This document shows, piece by piece, positions 1-8,444 of a stretch of 64,000 nt of DNA; the stretch's first letter is position 1, and each line of letters begins with the position of its first letter. The notes under the pieces were generated by a model that saw only the letters and a program-made list of their open reading frames with translations, ran no database searches and was not told the origin of the DNA. Location: the NCBI GenBank assembly GCA_963742415.1, contig CAVULX010000002.1, forward strand, positions 160,001 to 224,000. The letters are read 5' to 3'. The position numbers were made by a program, and so were the translations under genes. The DNA is from an uncultured Parachlamydiaceae bacterium. Lineage in GTDB: Bacteria; Chlamydiota; Chlamydiia; Chlamydiales; Parachlamydiaceae.

Positions 1-56
1 TTAAGGTTATCGATATGGATTATTCGGAAAATGCGTGTTTTTTTGGGTTTGTCCAT
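1..56 (-). CDS. 5' end of probable DarT (DUF4433) ssDNA ADP-ribosyltransferase toxin, running off the left edge
   Basis: Manual translation from ATG at 56 gives MDKPKKTRIFRIIHIDNL, matching the (I/Y)(F/Y)RxxHxDNL N-terminal signature of DarT proteins. Only 18 codons are visible. Confidence 0.5.
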   Translation of the reverse strand, partial: MDKPKKTRIFRIIHIDNL

Positions 57-140
57 TCACTAAATTCGTAATGGGTGTTTTACTCGTGAGATACATTATT
101 ATTAGACTGAGCCTTTTTTTCCAGCTAAATGCACCGCTAA

Positions 141-206
141 CGGTTTTTCACACTTTTGTCACAGCAAGGCTCAAAAATATTCTGTAATGGACAAAAAGCA
201 GCAGCA
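141..206 (+). repeat. ~66 bp imperfect direct repeat, copy 1 (copy 2 at 3997-4062)
   Basis: cggtttttcacacttttgtcacagcaaggctcaaaaatattctgtaatggacaaaaagcagcagca aligns without gaps to cgatttttcacatttttgtcacagcaaacctcaaaaatattctgtaataaacaaaaagcaacaaca. Confidence 0.85.
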
Positions 207-249
207 TTGTTAGGACTGCAACTTGCAAAGGATCATATTGTTAAATATT

Positions 250-323
250 GCCCTTTGCTGTCAGTCTAGAGGTGTTTGGCATTCGTAATGCGAAGGTCGT
301 CGGTTCGACTCCAGCTTTGGGCA
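250..323 (+). pseudogene. degenerate tRNA-Thr(CGT) / att-site remnant
   Basis: gcattCGTaatgcgaaggtcgtcggttcgactcc (279-312) closely matches the anticodon arm and T-loop of tRNA-Thr(CGT). gccc...gggca frames 74 nt, but the D-arm, acceptor stem and T-stem are mismatched and there is no CCA. Confidence 0.7.
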
Positions 324-745
324 ATTAACTACTCAACTACTTACGTCGCGGTTAACCTTCTTATTCGGGAGCATGTCAGAAAAATGTCAGGATTATACAA
401 ATCGTTATAGTGTAAGATCCATTCATTCCAAATCGTCAAATCTGCGTAGGAATCAGGGTTTGGTCAGCCTATGTATATCTTTGCGCAAGGCTCTTTCAAG
501 TCGGCTTACTTTTTCTTTGATGGCGGGTCTCTCAGATGGCTTTAGAGGTTTATTCTTTAAGAGGTTTTGTTCAGCAGCGATATTTTGAAGAAGAAAATCA
601 ACGACTAATTAAATTGGTTCTAATTTCTTATACCCTGAATCGCAATCGTCTGGATGAGTATGTGAATTATATTTATTTCTTGACATTCAGCGTGATTTTT
701 GAGATGTGAAAGTACATGTTGCTAAGTTATGCAGGAGGAACTAAC

Positions 746-2710
746 ATGCGCCGACAAGCCAGTTTACTATCTTCTATTGGAATAGCCGTTTTATTGCCGA
801 GCATGGCACTTTTTGGCTGGTTGATTCCTAGCAAAATAGACACAAGCCTTGCACTGGAAACTTCACAATCAACTCCTAAGTCTGCGGATCATGCCCAGTC
901 CTATTCTCCTTATGTCGATCTTCGCTATCCCACACATGTCTATTGGGGCGAAACACATTTGCATACTGCCTATTCACCCGATGCTGGGTTAGTGGGGACG
1001 CGCTTGGACCCTGATGAGGCCTTCCGCTTTGCACGCGGCGAAGAGCTGAAGTCTTCTACGGGGCAACCTGTACGCCTAGAACGTCCCTACGACTGGATGG
1101 TCGTCTCCGACCATTCCGAATATTTAGGCCTCCCGCAAGCTCTAGCCGAAGAAAACCCCGTTATCATGAACACAGAGTCTGGGAAGAGGTGGGCTGCAGC
1201 CCTTAAGCAGGGGGGTGAGGCAGGTTATAAAGCATTTGTGGAGCTTACTGCCGAATTTGCCAAAGCCCAGCCCAGTGTTCCTCGCGATGCCCTCACGAAA
1301 TTGGTTCAAAGCACTTGGGAACGTTCGATAGCAGCTGCTGAGAAAAACAATATTCCCGGTTTATTCTCTGCTTTCATCGGGTACGAGTGGACCCAGTCGC
1401 TCGATGGAGACAATCTCCATCGTACTGTGGTCTTTCGAGATGGCAGCGACAAAATCAAACAAATCTTGCCTTTTTCAGAGTTCGATGGAGTAAATCCAAT
1501 GGCTCTATGGGGTTACTTATCCGATTATGAGAAGAAAACGGGGGGCAGAGCTTTGACGATCGCTCATAACTCTAACCTCTCAGCTGGGCTCATGTTTAAC
1601 TCAAAGTCGGAAACGGGAAAGTACATAGATGTTGCTTACGCTAAGATGCGATCTCGCTTCGAACCACTGGTTGAAGTTACCCAATCGAAAGGCGATAGCG
1701 AGACGACCCCCCAATTGTCTCCTGATGATCAGTTTGCCAATTTTGAGCGATGGAACAAAGCCAATATCTTTGGATTGGTAGCGACCACAGAAGAAATGCT
1801 CCCCTATAATTATGTTCGCTCAGCTCTCAGACTGGGTCTTGAGCACGAAGCAAAATTAGGGGTCAACCCTTTCAAAGTGGGTATGATCGGCGCTAGCGAT
1901 GAACATACTGGATTATCCACAACCCGAGCAGAGAACTACTTCGGCGTAGCTGGTATCGATGAGCCAAAACCCGATCGTTGGAAGGAACTCTTCATGAAAT
2001 CAGAAGTCTCTCCCGATCTTAACGTGTATATGTGGGAGATGCTGCCAGGAGGGCTGACCGGTGTGTGGGCGCAAAAGAACACACGTGAAAGCATCTGGGA
2101 TGCGCTTTATCGCCGTGAAGTCTATGCTACAACAGGCACACGGCCTACAATTAGGGTGTTTGGAGGTTGGGACTTTAAGAAAGAAGATATACAGAAACCG
2201 GACCAAGAATGGGTGCAGCAAGGTTATGCACGTGGTGTCCCCATGGGTGGCGAATTAACGAATTCATCACAAAGTAAAGCTCCAACCTTCATGCTCAAGG
2301 CAGCCTATGATCCCGATGGTGCTTTTCTCGACCGTATCCAGATTGTTAAGGGCTGGCTTGATAGCAAAGGCGCGACACATGAAAAGGTATTCGATGTTGC
2401 ATGGTCAGGGGATCGCAAGCCCGATCCTATCACATATCAAGTGCCTTTGGTAGGAAGCACAGTGGATGTCAAAAATGCAACTTGGACGAATGCGATTGGC
2501 GCACCGTTATTGTTAGGCTTTTGGCAGGATCCCGACTTTGATCCAACGCTTTTTGCATTTTACTATGTGCGTGTGATTGAAATCCCTACACCGCGATGGA
2601 CAGCCTATGACGTCAAACGATTTGGTGTAAAGATGGATAAGGATGTCCCCATGATAGTCACCAACCGTGCCTATACATCACCCATTTGGTATAGCCCGGC
2701 AAAGAAATAA
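746..2710 (+). CDS. DUF3604 domain-containing protein (PHP-like metallohydrolase, exported)
   Basis: YWGETHLHTAYSPDA, SDHSEYLG, GYEWT, NLHRTVVFR and RAYTSPIWY motifs. AGGAGG precedes ATG 746; hydrophobic N-terminus. Confidence 0.85.
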   Translation: MRRQASLLSSIGIAVLLPSMALFGWLIPSKIDTSLALETSQSTPKSADHAQSYSPYVDLRYPTHVYWGETHLHTAYSPDAGLVGTRLDPDEAFRFARGEELKSSTGQPVRLERPYDWMVVSDHSEYLGLPQALAEENPVIMNTESGKRWAAALKQGGEAGYKAFVELTAEFAKAQPSVPRDALTKLVQSTWERSIAAAEKNNIPGLFSAFIGYEWTQSLDGDNLHRTVVFRDGSDKIKQILPFSEFDGVNPMALWGYLSDYEKKTGGRALTIAHNSNLSAGLMFNSKSETGKYIDVAYAKMRSRFEPLVEVTQSKGDSETTPQLSPDDQFANFERWNKANIFGLVATTEEMLPYNYVRSALRLGLEHEAKLGVNPFKVGMIGASDEHTGLSTTRAENYFGVAGIDEPKPDRWKELFMKSEVSPDLNVYMWEMLPGGLTGVWAQKNTRESIWDALYRREVYATTGTRPTIRVFGGWDFKKEDIQKPDQEWVQQGYARGVPMGGELTNSSQSKAPTFMLKAAYDPDGAFLDRIQIVKGWLDSKGATHEKVFDVAWSGDRKPDPITYQVPLVGSTVDVKNATWTNAIGAPLLLGFWQDPDFDPTLFAFYYVRVIEIPTPRWTAYDVKRFGVKMDKDVPMIVTNRAYTSPIWYSPAKK

Positions 2711-2714
2711 CATT

Positions 2715-3080
2715 ATGATGGTGCAGATCATTCTTGCTTTTGCAGCAATTATAGAATTACTGACTGGAGCGCTTCTCTTAATTTACCCTGAAATTGTTAT
2801 TAGACTATTATTTGATGCGTCCATTGTTGGAACCGGAATCATCATCAGTCGCATCGCAGGAGTCAGTCTGATTGCATTAGGAATGGCGTGTTGGCCCTAT
2901 TCTATTGTTAAGAAAGCCTTCCAAGGTCTTACAGCCATGTTGACTTATAGCCTCATCGCAACGATTTATCTTGGTTATCTTGGTCTATTTGGAGAAATGA
3001 TAGGCATTTTGTTATGGCCAGCCGTTATCTTCCATTCTACAATCGCAATTTTTCTAGTTTTGGGATTATTCAAGAGGTAG
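2715..3080 (+). CDS. small four-TM membrane protein co-transcribed with the DUF3604 gene
   Basis: Four hydrophobic segments; ATG 4 nt after the upstream stop. Confidence 0.7.
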   Translation: MMVQIILAFAAIIELLTGALLLIYPEIVIRLLFDASIVGTGIIISRIAGVSLIALGMACWPYSIVKKAFQGLTAMLTYSLIATIYLGYLGLFGEMIGILLWPAVIFHSTIAIFLVLGLFKR

Positions 3081-3146
3081 ACGAATGAGTTTACTGGCAT
3101 TCAGTCACTGGGGTATAGAACAGAAAGCTGATCAGCTTAACTGCGT

Positions 3147-3506
3147 TTAAGGAGAAGAAAAATAGTTTAAAGAATTATTTTCATAAAATATATTTTGGAT
3201 AATTTCCTTTACAAGTTTTTTGTAGTTCTCTTGTTCTCGTTCTGGAATTAATGTATAACGATAAATGTTAACATTTCGATCAAATAAACTGCCTACAAGT
3301 ACACGAGTCTGAATATTTTTCTTTGCATCAAAATCTGGGTTTAAGCAGTTTTCTTGAAATTTCGCTATAGTTGCATGAATGTCTGTATTTTGTTCTGGAT
3401 GTAAAAATCCTCCAGATATAGAAAAATAAAGGTAATTTTCTATATTTTCTTTGGGAATAAAAATTTGGTTAATAATACCTTCATTTGTTTTAGGAGCAGA
3501 ATCTAC
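3147..3506 (-). pseudogene. start-less C-terminal fragment of a hypothetical protein gene
   Basis: Manual translation gives ~119 open codons (VDSAPKTNEGIINQIFIPKENIENYLYFS...YKKLVKEIIQNIFYENNSLNYFSSP*), bounded upstream by an in-frame TGA at the junction with the next ORF. Absent from the ORF track. Confidence 0.6.
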
Positions 3507-3949
3507 TCAAAGTCAAAAAGGATTTTAAATAAATCAAGCGAAAATTCTTTGCTCAAACAGTGATTAGGATCTATATCTGGTCCAAAAATTCCACGAGAAG
3601 GCTCATTAGAAATATCTTCTTTATTTAATTCTTTTGTCCTTGCTTGCATTAAGGATTCAGTCATAGGGTGCAAAACTCCAAGAACAAGAGCTTGATCAGC
3701 ACCACTGTCCAAAATAGCGTGAACGACTGCCGCTATTTGATAGCCGCATTGACTTAAAAATGTGTGAGGAAAAACAGCCGCACCTCCAGCGTTCAAAGTA
3801 TGTGCCAATTCTGTTCCCCACCTTTTTCCCTTATCCAGAATAGCAATCATCCCTTCAACGCCAAGACTTTTTGGTTCGTTGTAGTACTGATCAAAAGCGT
3901 TAGGTTTTGGCTTTTTGGCGCTCAAAAAGGGGTATATTCGCTTTGGCAT
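3503..3949 (-). pseudogene. 3'-truncated hypothetical protein (possibly MEMO1/AmmeMemoRadiSam-B-like N-terminal part)
   Basis: VFPH, LGVLH and EFSL motifs recall the MEMO fold. Ends abruptly after 148 aa at the junction with an unrelated fragment. SD-like AGAGGA upstream. Confidence 0.45.
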
Positions 3950-3996
3950 AGAAATCCTCTCTTAAATTCAAGAAGATCAATTATACGCCATCTGAT

Positions 3997-4062
3997 CGAT
4001 TTTTCACATTTTTGTCACAGCAAACCTCAAAAATATTCTGTAATAAACAAAAAGCAACAACA
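3997..4062 (+). repeat. ~66 bp imperfect direct repeat, copy 2
   Basis: Aligns with copy 1 at 141-206. Confidence 0.85.
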
Positions 4063-4162
4063 AGCCATCGCGGCTGCACTTAGCGACATCGATCCACTAA
4101 TTATGAGTCTCGACCAACTCATTGCTAAGAAGCGTAAGATTAAGCTGACAATAACCCACTAA
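4055..4162 (+). pseudogene. fragment of type I restriction-modification specificity subunit (HsdS conserved helical spacer)
   Basis: QQQAIAAALSDIDPLIMSLDQLIAKKRKIK matches the EQxAIAxALSDxDxLIxxLxxLIxKKRxIK spacer of HsdS. No start codon or TRD around it. Confidence 0.7.
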
Positions 4163-4203
4163 GTATGAGAAAGTGCGTTGAAAAAGAGAGTTAAAGGTTT
4201 AAT

Positions 4204-5361
4204 ATGAGCTTTTTTGATCAAAAACAGCCTTCTTTTCCTAAGGCAGCCATTTCAGATTATCGAGCAATAGCAGTTAAACGATTGCCAAGACAGCTTTTTG
4301 ATTTTCTTGAAGGAGGTGCTTTTGATGAAATAACAATCCAGAAGAACAGAGAGGATTTCCAACGAATACAACTAAAGAGAAGAGTGCTGAAAGATGTTTC
4401 AAGTCTTGACATGACAACTGAAGTGCTCGGACAAAAATTCAGTTTCCCATTGGCTTTAGCTCCTGTTGGTTTTGCAGGTGTGTATGGAAGAAGAGGAGAA
4501 GTGCAGGCAGCAAGAGCTGCAGCAAAAGCTCAAATTCCATTCAGCTTATCGACTGTTAGTATTTGCTCTATTGAAGAAGTTGCTCGAAATTCTTCGGCCC
4601 CTTTCTGGTTTCAGTTTTACATGTTCAAAGATCGCCACAACTCTCTCGAGCTTCTACAAAGAGCTCAGAACGCAGGTTGTCCTCTATTGCTTTTGACAGT
4701 AGACCTTCCTATAGCGGGTGCCAGATATCGTTATCATAGAAACAGATACGCTCCAAGCTTTATAAATTTTTTCAAAGAGATGATGCATCTTAGATGGTGG
4801 ATAGATGTTCGTCTCAACGGCGGCCCCCTTACTGTTGGTAATTTGCCAATGAAAGCTCCATTAATGACTGATTTGCCGAGTATGCGTAAATGGATGGGCA
4901 GCCAAATAAGCCAAAGTCTGACTTGGAAAGATTTTGAATGGATTCGTGCTAATTGGAAAGGCAAAATTTTGATTAAAGGGATTTTAGAAGCAGAAGATGC
5001 TCTGATGGCCCAAAAAGTTGGTGCCGATGGAATTGTCGTATCAAATCATGGCGGTAGGCATATTGACAGTACTTCTTCAACAATTGCAGCTCTTCCAAAA
5101 ATCCGAGAGGCAATCACAGGTGATTTAAAATTATTTATCGATGGAGGAATCTCTAGTGGCCTTGATATTTTTAAAGCCCTTGCATTGGGGGCTGATGCCT
5201 GTATGATTGGTAAACCATGGATCTATGGTCTTGCAACAAGAGGTGAAGCGGGTATAAATGAAATACTGAATATTTTGCAAAAGGAGTTAAAGATAGCAAT
5301 GACTCATTTTGGTACCCCATCAATCAGTGATATTATGAATTTTTCACATTCCAAAAACTAA
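4204..5361 (+). CDS. lldD: FMN-dependent alpha-hydroxy-acid dehydrogenase (L-lactate dehydrogenase LldD-like)
   Basis: LAPVG, WFQFY, LTVD, IKGI, SNHGGRHID and DGGI motifs. Confidence 0.85.
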   Translation: MSFFDQKQPSFPKAAISDYRAIAVKRLPRQLFDFLEGGAFDEITIQKNREDFQRIQLKRRVLKDVSSLDMTTEVLGQKFSFPLALAPVGFAGVYGRRGEVQAARAAAKAQIPFSLSTVSICSIEEVARNSSAPFWFQFYMFKDRHNSLELLQRAQNAGCPLLLLTVDLPIAGARYRYHRNRYAPSFINFFKEMMHLRWWIDVRLNGGPLTVGNLPMKAPLMTDLPSMRKWMGSQISQSLTWKDFEWIRANWKGKILIKGILEAEDALMAQKVGADGIVVSNHGGRHIDSTSSTIAALPKIREAITGDLKLFIDGGISSGLDIFKALALGADACMIGKPWIYGLATRGEAGINEILNILQKELKIAMTHFGTPSISDIMNFSHSKN

Positions 5362-5631
5362 CAGCAGATTCATTCATTTCCTAATTGAATCTTTATAACC
5401 TGCACTTTGGGTTTATAAGAGTTGGAAAGAGGTGCGTCCCATACGCCAAGACCCAATGGAAGCAAGTTGCATAAAGTTACAAAAATGCAGTCAACGAGCT
5501 ATCTTCTTTTTTACAATTTCAAGCTGCTGCTTTCGAATAACTAGCCTAGGATCTTTTAAAACTATCTCTTCTCCTTGGCATTGGCGTTGGATAATCTTTT
5601 TGAAGAAGAAAAGCTCGAAAGTGGATTGTCT

Positions 5632-6831
5632 TTACATACCCCTTTCAGAAAGCGTTTCTGAACGAATATTACGAAAATATTCAGCGGCGTTATTAGACTC
5701 TTGAACCGCAATTCTCGCTCTAGCAAACATCTGACATTCAAAATCTTCCATTAATCTAGACCAGTCAATAGGTTTTGAGGAGAAAGCTAGTAAACTTGAT
5801 AATAATCTAGCATCTTCGAGTACATTGTTTCCGCCTAATCCCCTATCTGGGGGCATGGCATGAGCTGAATCCCCAATAAGAGTAACTCTACCAGACGGAA
5901 CCATAGGATATCGGTTAAGGTCTGAAAATTGAGTTGTTCGTATAAGCCAAGGAGCCATCATCGCTTCTGCAGGAGTATCATATACTAGTTTTTTCAAATT
6001 CTCATGCCAAGGTTCATTTCTCATTACCTGCTTACAATGTTCTAATAGTCGCTCACGACATTCCAATCCCTGACCAAACTGATACCAAGGAGCGGTGCGA
6101 TCTTCTATTTCCTCTGAAAGTGCCCAGTACACCGTAGGACTTCTATCAGCTCGTTCTGAAAAACATACACCTAGAGCATGAGAATTAGGTCCCACATAGC
6201 GAACCATTCCCATTTTGTTTAGGGGAAGAAGCGTGTCCCATTCTGGTGTGCGGTCAATCTGACCTCCCAACGCGGCATGAGTACCATCAATCACTTTTGG
6301 AATCGATCCAAGGTTATTTCCATAAACTGAAGGTAAGAGTCCTCTTACAGTTGATGTTCCTCCATCGCATCCAACAAGCAATTCTCCAGTGGCAGACGAG
6401 CCATCTTCAAAATGAGCAATCACTTGATCGCCATTATCTTCAAACATGACGAGACGCTTATTCCACTGAATATTGATCCCTTCTTTCAAAACTTTCCTAA
6501 GTTCTGAACGAAGAAACTCGACCACAGCCTCTTGTCCCGATGGAATCTTAAAAAGAGGGTCCATTTTTTCATTCGCACAGGTGAATCCGTTACCCACATT
6601 AGTAACTTTGGCTAGAGATAGACGATTTATTTGTTCAGGGGTTAGTAATGCAGTCAATGCGGTCATTCCAAGAGATCGAATTGAAATCCGATATCCTTGA
6701 GGTCTACTTGTAGGACTTTGGTCCCTTTCAAAGACTGAAACTTTGTATCCAGCTTTGACAAGCCCTTGAGCCAGAGCTAACCCACCAAGTCCCGCTCCAA
6801 TAATCAATATTGATGATCTTTGAGCTTGCAT
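5632..6831 (-). CDS. FAD-dependent monooxygenase (group A)
   Basis: IIGAGLGGL dinucleotide motif, LLVGCDG and RVTLIGDSAHAMPPDRGLGGN. Confidence 0.9.
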   Translation of the reverse strand: MQAQRSSILIIGAGLGGLALAQGLVKAGYKVSVFERDQSPTSRPQGYRISIRSLGMTALTALLTPEQINRLSLAKVTNVGNGFTCANEKMDPLFKIPSGQEAVVEFLRSELRKVLKEGINIQWNKRLVMFEDNGDQVIAHFEDGSSATGELLVGCDGGTSTVRGLLPSVYGNNLGSIPKVIDGTHAALGGQIDRTPEWDTLLPLNKMGMVRYVGPNSHALGVCFSERADRSPTVYWALSEEIEDRTAPWYQFGQGLECRERLLEHCKQVMRNEPWHENLKKLVYDTPAEAMMAPWLIRTTQFSDLNRYPMVPSGRVTLIGDSAHAMPPDRGLGGNNVLEDARLLSSLLAFSSKPIDWSRLMEDFECQMFARARIAVQESNNAAEYFRNIRSETLSERGM

Positions 6832-6835
6832 TTGG

Positions 6836-7390
6836 TTACCTTTTTTCTAATTTATCATATTGCTTTAAAGAACTCTCACACCATTCTAAAGCAGATTTCA
6901 ATTGCTTTATTCCAAAGTCCAAAGTCATTAGCCAATAGGGAAACCCTGGCTCATTTTTTTCTAAAAGCAATTTATTTTTGATGTTTTGGTAAATTTTATC
7001 TTTTTCTAAAAGCATTTGATGAAATTCTTGTATGTGTCTTCGTGTCGTCGATGGGGGAACAAACTCTCCAAAGAATAGCTTAAGCAAAAGTTCATTACGA
7101 AATTGTTCATTCTCCACCCGCTTGTTCATCCAATCTTGTAGTTCTTTTTTTCCTTTCATTGTTAATTCGTAAACATCCCTCTGGCGTCCGCTTTTTGATG
7201 GATTTTTGCACAGCACAATAAGTCCTTCATTGATAAGAGTCCTTAGAACGGGATAAATAGAACTATAAGTTTCTTTCCAAAAATATTGAGTGCTCCCTTC
7301 CATCAACTTTTTAATGTCATAACCGGAACTTTTTGGAGCTACAGCCAACATTCCCATGATTGCAAATCTGCTCTTGTTACTTTTAGCCAT
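6836..7390 (-). CDS. PadR family transcriptional regulator (subfamily with C-terminal dimerisation domain)
   Basis: SGYDIKK, FWKETYSSIYPVL, YELTMKGK and RNELLLKLFF motifs. GGAG precedes ATG 7390. Confidence 0.9.
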   Translation of the reverse strand: MAKSNKSRFAIMGMLAVAPKSSGYDIKKLMEGSTQYFWKETYSSIYPVLRTLINEGLIVLCKNPSKSGRQRDVYELTMKGKKELQDWMNKRVENEQFRNELLLKLFFGEFVPPSTTRRHIQEFHQMLLEKDKIYQNIKNKLLLEKNEPGFPYWLMTLDFGIKQLKSALEWCESSLKQYDKLEKR

Positions 7391-7421
7391 GTTTTTACTC
7401 CTGTTTACATATACCATATTG

Positions 7422-7440
7422 ATATATCATACTGATATAT
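7422..7440. promoter_or_regulatory. putative PadR autoregulatory operator
   Basis: Perfect inverted repeat ATATATCA-tac-TGATATAT just upstream of padR, with an overlapping degenerate second copy at ~7409-7427. Confidence 0.55.
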
Positions 7441-7548
7441 TTTTACGCAAGAAAAAGTTCTTTTATACCTTCTATGACTAGTTAAAAAATGTTACAGTTG
7501 AAAAATTATCCCCCTTGACCCTCTGTCGTTGAAGTTCTATTTCTATAA

Positions 7549-8100
7549 GTGTGCGCTGCACCTGAATATAGTGATGTGGATTTAGATTGGGCCGATAAAA
7601 ATAATTTAAGTAAAAAAAGGCCCATATATCCATGCAGAGGTTGGATTTGGCATAACAATCGAAGCGAAGTGATTGAAGGAATAGTATGGGGCGGATGTCT
7701 TGAAGTGCTTGATTTGCACTTATCTGTAAAGCAATACTTGCCCCCTATTGATCGATTAAATGAGTCTATCCTGTTTATTGAAACTTCGGAAGAGATGCCT
7801 ACGGAAGGCTTTGTGTATCGTTTTATCGCCGCTTTAGGTGAATTAGGGATCTTAAAAAGGTTTAAAGCAATATTGATGGCTTACCCGAAAGCCCAATTTT
7901 GTGATAGGCAGCCTTCTGAAGGAAGGGAAGCTTACATATTAAACCAACAAAATGCAGTAAAAACTGCTTTACGCGATTACAACTCAAATATTCCAATCGT
8001 CTTTAAGATGAATTTTGGACACACCGATCCCCAAATGATCATTCCAAGCGGCGGTATAGTTTCTATTGATGGAACAAATAAAACTATTTTCTTAAAATAA
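7549..8100 (+). pseudogene. 5'-truncated S66 family LD-carboxypeptidase (MccF/LdcA-like), C-terminal domain only
   Basis: GGCLEVL, ILFIETSEE and NFGHTDPQMIIP are present. The N-terminal domain with the nucleophile Ser is absent and there is no convincing start or SD. Confidence 0.8.
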
Positions 8101-8142
8101 ATCTCTAATCAGTTTTTGTAAAATTAGTGTAAGAGGGAGGCG

Positions 8143-8171
8143 TTGACTTATTTCATTATTTACGGTAAGAT
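8143..8171 (+). promoter_or_regulatory. sigma70/sigma66-type promoter of the TA operon
   Basis: TTGACT-17 bp-TAAGAT, followed by an AAGGAGG SD before ATG 8196. Confidence 0.65.
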
Positions 8172-8195
8172 GAGATCGAAATTAAGGAGGTAGAT

Positions 8196-8444
8196 ATGAC
8201 CCAAAAACGCAAATATGAAACTGTACGTTTAACTGTGGATTTCCCTGTTGAACAACACACCTACATAAAAATGATGGCTGCTAAAGAAGGAATTAGCATG
8301 AGACAATTTATTATTGAGCACTTGCCGAGTCCAGAAGTAGAGAAAACTAAAAAAGGAACCGTAAAAAAAACAAAATTCAAAGCACTGTTGGATGAAATTA
8401 TGACCGAATATGCTGCTGAATTAAGGAGCTTATCAAAACGATGA
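8196..8444 (+). CDS. putative antitoxin with ribbon-helix-helix-like N-terminus
   Basis: RLTVDFPVEQHTYIKMMAAKEGISMRQFI has an RHH pattern; ATGA overlap with the downstream toxin. Confidence 0.75.
   Translation: MTQKRKYETVRLTVDFPVEQHTYIKMMAAKEGISMRQFIIEHLPSPEVEKTKKGTVKKTKFKALLDEIMTEYAAELRSLSKR

Noticed and set aside
134-215. Integron attC site (gctaac...gttagg around repeat copy 1)
   Set aside because: Internal symmetry is weak, copy 2 lacks these boxes, neighbouring genes are not co-oriented cassettes and no integrase is visible.
250-323. Functional tRNA-Thr(CGT)
   Set aside because: Acceptor, D and T stems are mismatched and there is no CCA; kept only as a pseudo-tRNA/att remnant.
373-588. 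71 aa plus-strand ORF
   Set aside because: No recognisable features; the minus strand (~453-608) reads more like a start-less gene remnant, too short to call.
3764-4162. 132 aa ORF as a real gene
   Set aside because: Composite of antisense sequence, the 66 bp repeat and the HsdS fragment.
5432-5704. 90 aa ORF
   Set aside because: No SD or motif and overlaps the monooxygenase 3' end; probably decayed DNA.
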